From: Botryllus schlosseri
Lineage: Eukaryota
NCBI GenBank assembly: GCA_051294905.1
Contig: CM119385.1
Span: 12,710,001-12,774,000 of the forward strand
DNA length: 64,000 nt
Direction of reading: 5' to 3'
This document shows, piece after piece, positions 40,101 through 52,100 of this stretch. Position 1 is the stretch's first letter, and each line of letters starts with the position of its first letter. Position numbers and translations under genes: made by a program. The notes beneath the pieces were generated by a model. That model was not told the DNA's origin, did no database searches, and saw only the letters and a program-made list of their open reading frames with translations.

Positions 40101-43100
40101 CATCCAAGGCGTATATTTCTCAATCAGAGGGGGTCAGTAAGAAGTAGGCTACTTCTACCTTTTGTGAGTACTCAAGTAGTTTTGACATAGAATCACTACT
40201 TTGACCACCTCTGTTATTAATAGTCTGTCGCAGTTTCCAGAATTCTGAATCTCAATCGGGAAGAAGTCGATCTAGTGCCCGACGTTTACGTAGATTTCAA
40301 TTAAACACGGCAATGCAAATCGGTCCAATTTGCTACCAGCTTGATTAACTTCAGAAGAGAAAGAGCCAGTGTAGCTGCCTGAAAAACTGTCGAGTTGTCT
40401 GTGCATTACCCAAGTATTGCTAGTAGATTAGATCCTCTAAGTACAGTGTAATTGCACCGAATATTTCAATGACTTCTTCACCTCGGAATCAAAAGCGCAT
40501 GAAAAGATCATCGCTCTATCAAATATGCCGGACCTGACCTGTGGAACAGTATCCTGCCGGCCATCCGACAGTCGACGAGCATGTCCACATTTAAGTCCAA
40601 ATACAAACAACTTGTATTAAATGAATACTAGTCCGCCCCCAAGATTACCGGACCGTGACCTATCGACCTTCCGCGACATGCCACCCCAATTTTTGTCGCT
40701 TGCTTTTTCCATACAATCTTCTTTCACTTATCATTCAGTGTGCATGCCTCCTCTTTACATCGCCTAGGTCAAGGTGTCTGATTTTAAAGACTACTCCAAG
40801 TCGTTTCGACACCTTCCTATCTTTTCATTGTATCTCATTTTTGTGGTGTATTGAACTGATAGAAATTGCTAATAAACCGAACTGAACTGAAAAAATCACT
40901 GATTTGTGATCGTGCTGGTTGAATTGTTGGGTCTTGGTTTGTCGCATGAAAGCGAGAGCCCAAGGATTTTCAACTAAAACTGCGTCGAAAGAATGAAAAT
41001 GGTATTTCCTATGCCAGGTATTTGGACACAATCGAGAACGCGGTGTCGTCCGGTGAAGTCGTCTTGATCGAGAACGTTCAGGAAAGTGTGGATCCTGTGT
41101 TGGAACCGCTGTTGGGAAGAAATACTATCAAGAAAGGAAGGTAACAGACTTGGTATATTGATCCGTTTTGTGTGGGGTCTGGTCCGTTTTATGTGATTTC
41201 CGTCCTATGTTTGTTGTTGGGTCGTTAGGCAAGTTACTCGAGGAAAAAATTAATAGGTGACTGGCGGTGTTAAAGTAGAATAATGCTTACAGTACTACAT
41301 TTGTCGCAGTTGTCACCTCGAAAACTTTTCTTGTACCTCTTATCAATAGCAAGCATTTCACATTAATCTGTATTGAGGTCAATTATCATTAAATTGAATA
41401 ATCCATATTTATGCAGACAGAAGCAGTTCCTTTACAGCAGTGGTTCCCAACCTGTGGTACGCGTACCACTAGTGGTACGCGAAGGTATTCCAGGTGGTAC
41501 GCGAGTAGATTCTGTTTTTTTCGACCCAAGGGAGTTATTAGTTCAGTTGGGGTTGATTTTGAGTTTTCTGAAGCCGCCGTCATCGTCGTGGTAAGGTATA
41601 CGCCAAGGAAACGAAACCGACTTGTTGCGTTCATGCATGACTTTCGATGCGCTGTGAGCAAACGTATGCCACGCATCGACCAGCTAGTGGAAAATAAACA
41701 AATGCAGCCATAGCATTAAACCAGGGGTGGCCAACCTGCGGCAGTAGAAGGAAATTTGTGCGGCCGTGGACACGTATTTCAATTTGTATGTGTTGGCGGC
41801 CGTCGACATGAAAATTGAATTTACGAATTTACTCCCAAATTTTTAGGAGATTTCGATTAATTTTGAATTTTTTTTCGCGCTGTGTGCGATTCAACGTGAC
41901 TTCATTTTTTCGATATTAATGTAGTAGCGCCCTTTGCAACCTGAGCACCACAGTACAGATGTGAACAGCAACGAAAAATGATGCGCCCCAGATAAAAATA
42001 CCAATATGGAATCGTGTCCTTCTCACGAAAGAAATTTGTTTCTATGGTGCGTTTGGGTGATTTCAATATATTTCCAATATACCTCCAATCCTGATGAGAG
42101 GTCAGGAAATAGCAGTATTCAACAAAGTGACTTATTACATTTGGTCCACCCGAAGATACATCATCATTTATAACTAATGCCCTAAATTTTCGAAAACACA
42201 CCGTCCATCAACTTTACCGGAGAATCTGATCACATTGGCTGAGAAAAAATGAATATTTGATAGTAATTTGTGAAACTACGAATATTAATGACAAAATTCA
42301 TTCGTGAATCTAAAAAATTTTCGCGCTTCGCGCGACCGTGACGACACCGGAATACCATTCATAACATGACCACTCGCAATTTTGGTACGCACGCCGATAT
42401 GAATAAACATGTTGGTCTGGAGCTCACCGAAAACGGACATGGACAGTTTAAAATGGGTATTTGTCATCCAGTTTGTTCTTTACGAACTATGTCCTGGAAT
42501 GCGGCCGTAGGCTACATGACTACTCGAAATGCGGCTGTGAATAGCAAAAAGGTTGGCGACCCCTGCATTAAACAAATGAACTTATGTTTTTTATTTCATT
42601 ATGTTGTTGTTCTTCTTCTTGTGACTGGTGGTGAAAAAACAATTCCATGCATCTCATCATCAACCCTTGCTGATAATACCTAGTTTAATAGGAATTTATT
42701 ATTACACCTCGCATAGGTCAAATACGTGATTATGATGTCATAAAGGGTGGATGTAGGTGGTACGCGAGCACTGCATGAAACCTCGAAATGGTACGTGGGT
42801 GGAAAAAGGTTGGGAACCACTGCTTTACAGTCTCGAAATTTGTCATTAATATTCCCTGATATATGACTATTGTAAGCTATCGGTACAGCTGACTTCGTAT
42901 GGTGTTCTATCGTACATTGTTAAACCATACTTTGCCAAATTTTGTTTCCATTTGAATCTCTATTTGTATGCTTGTTATTGTGCAATGCGCAGTTAACTCT
43001 TGATTAGAGGCAAGTTATCCGAGTTGATACAATATAATGCAATGAATATAGTGCTGGATGCAGCGTTTAAGAAAAGAAGCTGAACCAGTATAATACATGA

Positions 43101-46100
43101 TATAAAAGACGGGCAGTCGCGATTTTGGATTGTTGCAGTTATTTTACGACCCATACGCTGTTGTCATTGCCTTCTGTTAGACATTTCTCAATTCTGTCCA
43201 CTGTACCTGTATCCTATGCCCGACGATTTCAGGTATATCAAGATTGGCGATAAAGAAGTGGAGTATCACCCGCAGTTCCGGCTTATATTACATTCGAAAC
43301 TGGCCAATCCCCATTATCAGGTACAATTGATCCCACTCTCCGAAAAATTCTCTCGTGATCAACTTTGTCTGCGTGGTTTACAGCCTGAAATGCAAGCGCA
43401 GTGTACTCTGATTAATTTCACTGTGACGAGAGACGGGTTGGAAGATCAGCTGTTAGCGGAAGTTGTGAAGTGCGAAAGACCCGATTTAGAACAAGTCAAG
43501 GTACGGTGACTTCGCTAACCCACGAAAAATTTGGATTATGAATAATATAGTATTTACGGTGACCAATTCTTTAATTATTTATTATAGTGTTGCCCACCGT
43601 AAATACTATTTTATTCAAATCCAAATTTTTTGACGGCGATAACTCCGCTTCCACTGGTTGGAATTGAACCAAATTTGGTGAGCATCGTTTCTATAGACAA
43701 CAGAAATTGTCAAATTTTTATATAATAAATCGAAACTTTCTTCTCCTGTAGCAATGCGGCTACTGGCCAAATTTGGTGTGTACGCTTAAGTTAGGTAACC
43801 TAACAATTTTATCAAGTAGCCAGTACGATTTGAGAAATAAACTCATTTTTGAATACCCCTAGTGTCCATTTGTTAATATATTTTCGTGTTCCTAATCGAC
43901 CCTTGCGACGCATTGTACAGGCCCAGCTTACAAAGCAACAGAACGAATTCAAGATCACGTTGAAACAGCTCGAGGACTCGCTGCTGTATCGCCTGTCGGC
44001 CGCATCCGGAAACTTCCTGGGGGACACGGCCCTCGTCGAAAATCTCGAAATCACTAAGAAAACATGTGCGTGTTTTATTTCTTCGATCTGAGTACAACAA
44101 TATAGACATGGTCCAAAAATAAGGAATTATTTTGCATCATTTTCCTTATGGGCCGCCTATAATGTTACATATTCGAACTGCTCAAGTCAAATGTCATCTC
44201 ATAAGTACTCAATTTTGCCAGCCCTAATCGTTTCATCTCAGCTTTCTCTTCGAATATGACACGCCGAGTGGATTGGGTTTACGCCTTGTTTTTTTTTCCC
44301 ACAGCTGCGGAAATCGAAGTAAAAGTGACCGAAGGCAAAGTGACCGAGATTCAGATCAACGAAGCTCGTGAAAGCTACAGGGTGGTCTCGAGACGAGCTT
44401 CTCTTCTCTATTTTATTCTGAACGAGCTGAACGTCATCAATCCAATCTATCAGTTCTCGCTCAAGGTACGTATATGTCTGATTCAGATTCCGTAGAAAAT
44501 TATGTTCTTTCAAATGGAAGGTGTAGTGTGGTTAGTCAAGGGGGTCACAAATGGGATGGGACGAAACTGAATCGAAATGTCAATACCCATTTCAAGCCAC
44601 ATTATTCAACGAAATATTCTACGAATTCCAAATTTCTGTCCGCTCGTGTATGACAATGAGCCAGTTACACCAATTCGAAATGAGACAAAGGCATGCTTTT
44701 CATCTTGAATACGATTCAAACGTTCCATAGTACGCACAAAAACAAAATCAGGCCAATACTTTATGACCTTGTGACCAGAGTTGGTCATCGTTGGTACCCA
44801 AGTCGATATAGTGTCGTATATTTTTACTTGATTGTGAGGTAGAGTAAAGTAGACAATAGAAGGCTGAAAAGTACCTGAGTACTTTTACATTTTCTGTAGT
44901 AGAAATTAGGTTTCATTAAAAAGTAAGAGACTGGAAGTAGCCTTAAAACAAGTAAGTAGCTTAAGCTAACCATCTGCCTGGTGGCTCTTTTATGACATAG
45001 CTCTTCTTAGACTAATTTAGATTCGTACATATTATGTATAATTGAAAATATTAAACTGATAACACCGTTTCAGGCATTCAACGTAGTGTTTTCCAACGCA
45101 ATCGACAAAGCGGAAAAGTCGGACCAGCTGAAAACTCGTGTCGCGAATCTCATCGATACTGTGACGTACAGCGTGTTTATGTACACCAACCGCGGTCTCT
45201 TCGAGTGTGACAAATTAACTTTCACCTCGCAAGTTGCGTTCCAAGTAAGACACCTTTAACGCCTCAGTGCCGGGCGATGCGTCATAGGTTTAACTTTCTT
45301 ATTATGACTGAATACAACATTGGAGCATCATTCATGTCTGTTTCAGAGGTGTTAACTTTTATCGGGTGCACATTTCTTTTTGCTACCCTGCACTATTCGA
45401 ACTCATTTGAGATATAGTATACAGCACTACACTGTTCTGATACTAAATCTGAAATGCTCCCTAACATATTGTGTGCTTAGGCTTACTCCTCTAATATTCC
45501 AAGATGCAACCTAATGACTAATTCGCTTTTGCCAATGATGTAGTGAACTTGTCTGTACTGTATATTTCTTGTGATAATCGACAGATCGTTGAGATAAGCC
45601 AAAAATTTAAATTTCATGTCATTCTTTTCAAGGTCCTTCTAACAAACAACGAGATCGATCCTCAAGAATTGGATTTCCTTCTGAGATTTCCTGGCAAAAT
45701 GGACAGCTCGTGCCCCGTGGATTTTATGACACCCGCGGGCTGGGCTGGTATCAAGGTGAGCTTTTATAGCTCTCTCTATTTTATGATATGTGCTTGTAAG
45801 TGCTGTAGATTTCAATATATTTATATTTAAAAATTTCAACAAGTTTCAATAAAATAAAACTAGCTCATTTCGGGTAAAGCCCGACAGAGATCTGCCTTCA
45901 CAGAAATATTGATACTTGTAAAAAAGGATTAAAATTGATAATGTGGTCACTTCTTAATGCGACTGAAAGATTCTGAATGCTTTGCAGAGCAGAGTATTCA
46001 ATGACCTTATAATTCACTCAAAAATGCAGCTCTGGGTTACTTCATATTCCATGAACTCGAGTTACTGAATGGTAATGTGACATTTTTTATCGTCAGTATC

Positions 46101-49100
46101 AGTTTATTAATATTTTCATCATTTCAAAACACCACAAAAACTGCGATACAATGAAAAGATAGGAAGGTGCCGAAACGACTTGGAGTAGTCATTTCATTAG
46201 TGAAAATATCAGTTCAAAATTGTGATATCGATCAGGCTCCAGTGACACTAGCTACCCCGTGTGTTGATGATGGGAAACGTTCATTTCCTATTCTTTTGAT
46301 ACCAAACAAGGCTTTCCGTAATTTTTTCACCAATACTAAGATAGAAAAACTAGCTGTCGGTCGTCATCGAATCGGGATTTTTTAATGACTAGGGCGATTT
46401 GGACGGAAGACGAAAGATTTTGACCTAAAAAATCAAAATTCTGACATTTTTTAACCTTAAAAATCTTAATTTCGACCAAATTTGACCTAATGTATGCAAA
46501 TTAGGTGTTTTCCCACATAATTTTTGAATTTTACTACTTATCTTAATTTCTGGTTGGAACTGTCTGTCCTTACAAAGTAGTTTGCCCTGAAAAAAAATTT
46601 TTTGCATCAAAAACTTACAAATTTTTTCATGAAAAAACTTTCTTTTAACAAAATGCAACCCTATGAAAAATTCCAGTTGTTACATTACGCATTATGGTAG
46701 AAATAATTGAAATTTTTTGTAATAGGCCTACAACGAAAGATACTTTCCTACATTCTCGGGTAGAAAGTGTCTGTCCTTACTAAGTAGCTTGCCAAGAATG
46801 GAGAAAGAACGTTCAACAGCAGCAGTTGTTGGCTGACAACACTGAAGTTGTGCGTAAACTGCTGGTGACAAACCGTGTTGCATCATTCTGGCAATGGTGT
46901 CTACATCACAAATTTTCATCATGCGCTCCTTGACATAAGAACCATGCAATGCCCATGTACTCCTGCTTCAGTTGGGATATTGCGGTACGTTGAGCATAAC
47001 ACCATTTCAACCTATTTGTTTCATTTGAATGTTTATGATTCACAATGAGCAGACAATGGGCCGTCTACAATCGTAGGCCTATACAGTAGGCTATCAGCTG
47101 TAAAATGTCAAATTATAAGTTCACCGACAGTGCAAAATCTACGATACAAACGAAATGCAGGTTGCAAAAAAGTTTTAACTTTCTAAACAATTTTGATATT
47201 TTTTGACCTAACGCTACAATTTCGACCTAATTTTGACTTTTTTTGGCAATCGATCTCTCAATAACCAGGATTTGTCCCATTGCTAGCAATTGTTTGCTTC
47301 CAGGCTCTGTCGGAAATGGAAGAGTTTCGTAATCTGGATCGAGACGTGGAAGGCTCTGCTAAACGTTGGAAGAAGTTTGTGGAGAGTGAATGCCCGGAAA
47401 AGGAGAAGCTGCCGCAGGAATGGAAGAACAAAACCTCGCTCCAGAAGCTGTGCATGATGAGAGCGTTCCGACCTGACCGAATGACATACGCCGTCAAGTA
47501 AAATTACTATAGGTTGCTATTCACTGGAATCATTTCAAAAACATCATTTTCAATTCACCACCGAGTCAAGTCCAAGTCAGCTAGTAGAGGTTCGTGTCCG
47601 AGTCATAGTGTTTTGACTCGAGTCCAAGTCATTATGCTGACGCTCCAGTTTTGAGTTCAATCCGGTTCAACCCACTTTTTTCAACTCTGCTCGAGTGATA
47701 TAGAATAGCTCGCATTCATAATATATTATTTTTCCTCAATTTCAACAGTTTCTGGCCCTATTTTCCAAGTATCATAACTGATAGACGAAATACCAACAAT
47801 TGGGACTTTACTATTCTTCAAAGTTACAATGAAATGTCAGTCTTGGCCGTCCTAGTCTCAAGTCACATGTCTTGGTTCGAGTCATACACAATGACTCGCG
47901 TACAAGTCGAGTCAATACAAAAATTGATTTTAGTCACTTTACTCATTTGAAAAAATGACTCGAGTCAAGTCTAGTCACCAAAAAAATGTGACTCGAGTCA
48001 TTACAACCCTGCACGTAAGACAACCTTGTGAATGGCTTGGTTATTTTAAGATATTGCAACGGACTGTCTTGTAGACTTAGAGACCATGGCAACACTGATT
48101 GTTGTTTACGTATACTCTTTATTAACCCAATCAGAAATATAAATGTGTTTTTCTCTTTGGAGCAATTCCTTTATGCTTCACACAAATAGAGTAACACTAT
48201 CTATATCCGGGGTCACTGACCCAACACGCGGCCCGCGGACCGCATGCGGCTTGCCAAGTCATATTCTGTGGCCCGCGACCTGATTTGAGATTTAGGAAGA
48301 AAGCTAAGAAAACCAATTTGAAATGCTGAAATTAACTACAGTTTCAACATGTTGTTGTTTCAAAATAAGCTATTCTCTTGTGCCCAACAACACTATCCGT
48401 CACTAGCAAAAACGGCTGTGGTGATGGCAACAGCATTCCATCAAGGGAGAATCAGCTGATGTGAATGGGCATATTGTCTTGACTTGCAATGGCCCAAACA
48501 CTGCCAAGACCGAGACGCATAGAAAACGGCTTAGGGCAGTGGTTCCCAAACTGCCGACCCCTGATCTACATAGCATTTCCTAACTCTATTTCTAATGGCG
48601 AGCTCAAGATATCATGTAAGTCTTATCAGACATTGCCTTAATTTGACTGATGCCAATATTGGAAATGCATTCTCACAAGTGTTATTCCTTTTTCAAACGT
48701 TAGTAGGGTGCATTTCGCCTCTTTTCTAAAACCAAACCACTGATGAGCAAGACCAGTACTGCTCCAAATTACGCGTCAATGGGCTGGGTTGGGTCTGGAC
48801 AGGAACCTGACAATTCAAGTAAATACCCATAGCTATCTCCAAACACGATTGCCGTTGACCCATACCAGTGCATCTCTGACAATCGTCTGGTAACAAATTG
48901 CAATCACACTTGTGACAGGAACTTTGTGGAGGAAAAGCTTGGCACTAAGTACGTAGAGAACCGCGCCGTCGAATTTGCGAAATCCTACGAGGAAACCGGT
49001 CCGGAAACGCCTGTTTTCTTTGTACTGTCGCCTGGCGTCGATCCTCTGAAAGATGTGGAAGCTCTTGGAAAGAAAATTGGGTTTACGTTCGATTTGAAGT

Positions 49101-52100
49101 AAGCAAAAGAGATGTTTATCTTCGTTCGTTTTTCTGTTACCTGGCATTTGGGACTTATCTTTAAACAGAAGGGCTTCTTTTGCTGATAGTTTGAGTGGTG
49201 ATTATGATATAGTCGAGCAATGAACACCACAATAATGACCTTACTGAAAAATGAAATCAAGTAAGCGCAATTATCAGGCTACACTGGTCCTGAGCTCACG
49301 TAGGGATTTCCATAATCTGGTAGTTAGAAAAGAATGTGATATGGCGGAGTGCGTTTTTAACAATTCATTTCTCTAGGAACTTCCACAACGTGTCGCTGGG
49401 ACAAGGGCAGGAAGTGGTGGCAGAGCAGGCTTTGGACATTGCCGCAAAAGAGGGACATTGGGTTATTCTACAGGTGCGATTCTTTGTCATAAGATAAATT
49501 CTCGGTCAAGATACTGGCAGCCAATGTCCCCTCTAAGCTGCGCATGTGCGCAATTGTGCAGTGCTGACACGGTCTCTGCGCACAGAAAATCCGAATCGAA
49601 TAGTATATTCATATTGAAATGAACCCGAATATTTCCGGCTGACACTCGTCAGGGGTAATCGTCGTTGCTGACGATCACGAATATACCACTCAATTGTATA
49701 TTGAAGTTCTGTACCTCCAAGAAGCTGTTCAAAAAACCCGAAGTGATGACCTTTTTTGTAGTCGTCACGCACTGTTGTCCAAGGGACCGCGCAGTGAGTT
49801 GGTGAGTGCGCGCAGACTCGTGAAAAATTTTAGGGAACATTGCTGGCAGCTCAGTTGTTTGGAGACATAGTCTAAATAGTTAGCGTTACTATTCCAGTAG
49901 AAGTAGAAGTAATGTCGTAAATTACAAGTGGAAGTAGCAATTTCTGGGATTTTCTAAATTACTTGAAGTTGAAGTAAAAAATGAAAGTTCTACAACTATT
50001 ATTTGCACTAGGTAGTATCAGGAGTAGAATTGCAAAATGTGTACTCTCGACTAACATGAAAACACTAATGACAGTACAAATAGGGGCAATCTTTTAACGT
50101 CGCACAGTTATCAGGACAATTTTGCTTATACATATATATATAAGTGGAACAAACTTATCACAAATATACCTTCTATTTTTCGCAATCAAAAGAATGAAAT
50201 TTTGCGTGTTTAGTAAAAGCTTGGGTTAACATATTTTGAGATCCGGAGAGGAGGACTCTTTTCACAGGCTTCAAAAGTTACTGTAGCGGACAAGAAAACG
50301 TGTGATTTTCAAATTTATACAGATAATTTCATTGGATTGACTGAAAAAAAGAGGTCATTTTTCCGACTCGACTCCAGAAAAAAACTTTTTCACCTTATAT
50401 TAGCCGTTTTTCCAACTCGGCCCCCGGAATACCTGTCTCTCGTCAATTCGGCCCACATTTCGCTTAATTTGTTTTCTTTTAGGCCAAAAAGGAGAACACT
50501 TGAGTGAAGAGAGGCAATTTCCTGAAAAAGGAGGACGTATGGTAACCCTAGTATAAGTGGAAGCAGTCCAAAAACATAGCCACTTTAGAAGTAAAAATAG
50601 GCAAAACCTACTTGAGTACTCAGTTTGTGATCTCAAAAGGCTATGCGGGAGATTGTATGAATGTTAGGACTAGAAATTTAGGAAGAGCGCCAATATCTTT
50701 CTTGGCGATTAAACAACGCCACTGAGATCTCTTTGGCAGTGTCAACGGCTCAACGCGGCTTTGCTTTCAGAACGTTCATCTTGTGGCGAAATGGCTCGTG
50801 ACCCTGGAGAAGCGAATCGAGAAGTACAGCATCGGCAGCAACCCGGCGTATCGCGTGTTCGTTTCGGCGGAGCCCGCGGCTACCAGAGACGCTCACATTA
50901 TTCCCGCCGGTATTTTGGAGTCGTCCATCAAAATCACGAACGAGCCTCCCACCGGCATGCAAGCCAACTTGCACAAAGCATTGGACAACTTCTCTCAGGT
51001 AACGCTTCACCCGTGCTGTATTAAACGTTATGGTAGATCAGCGTGTTGCAACTTTCACTTTTGTGATGGCAGAACAGGATCATTTTGCAGGGGTGTCAGT
51101 GGCCTAACTTATGAGCTCGAAAAAATCGCGGCTGTAGAGATGGGCACAAGGGGATTAGCTCGTAGTGTTTCTAAGATGAATTGATTTTCGTTCTTGTATT
51201 TAGGAAACCTTGGAGATGTGTGCAAGAGAGGTGGAATTCAAGTCGCTACTGCAATCCCTTTGTTACTTCCACGCCGTAGTTTCAGAGCGGAAAAAGTTCG
51301 GCCCGCAAGGTTGGAATCGCCCGTACCCATTCAATGTCGGGGACCTGACAATATCGGTAAACGTGCTCTACAACTACTTGGAAGCCAACGCCAAAGTGAG
51401 ATTAATTTTGTGGAGAAATATTTTTTACTCTTGTGCCCAAATTCCAATCCCAGAATGATAGCACTAGAAATAAAAGGTCCGCAAAGTACTCTTCTTATGA
51501 CCTGACAATACGATACCTACAATACGACTCTTTTCCCTTCTGCCAGGTACCGTGGAACGATCTGAGGTACTTGTTTGGGGAGATTATGTACGGCGGTCAT
51601 ATCACTGATGACTGGGACAGGCGACTGTGCCGAACCTATTTGGAGGTTTACATGCATCCGGATCAGTTGGAGGGGGAATTGTTCCTGGCTCCCGGTTATC
51701 CCGTGCCTCCCAACGTTGACTACAAGGTAGGCGATGTACCTGTTTTGTCCTTCCTTCAATTTTTTGGTTTCGTTTCCTGTATCCCTCGACAAAAAGATTT
51801 TGAGTTTATCTCATCTCTTAACACAAAGATTTCAGTTTTACTGTGTACAGTACATTCACACCCAATGTCACAGCGATACTATTTTATCCCGTTAATGCAC
51901 TGTCTGTACTCCTGGATAGGGCTGGTAGTTTGCAACACCCGACCAGCCAGTCCTAGGTGTCATCTCCACTCGTATGGGACCATAAATTCATTAGGCATTG
52001 GTTGCCGTTTTAGAGAGAAAACAAAAATTCCAATTGTGTCATGTAAAAATTATGTTTTTCAAATCACAATAACTATTGGTGCTAGAATACTTATATGTGC

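Noticed and set aside
43855-43870. CCCCTAGTGTCCAT, the same junction as the foldback element's right end, suggesting sequence-specific targeting
   Set aside because: No matching left TSD or terminus found for the eroded copy; a single coincidence is not enough.
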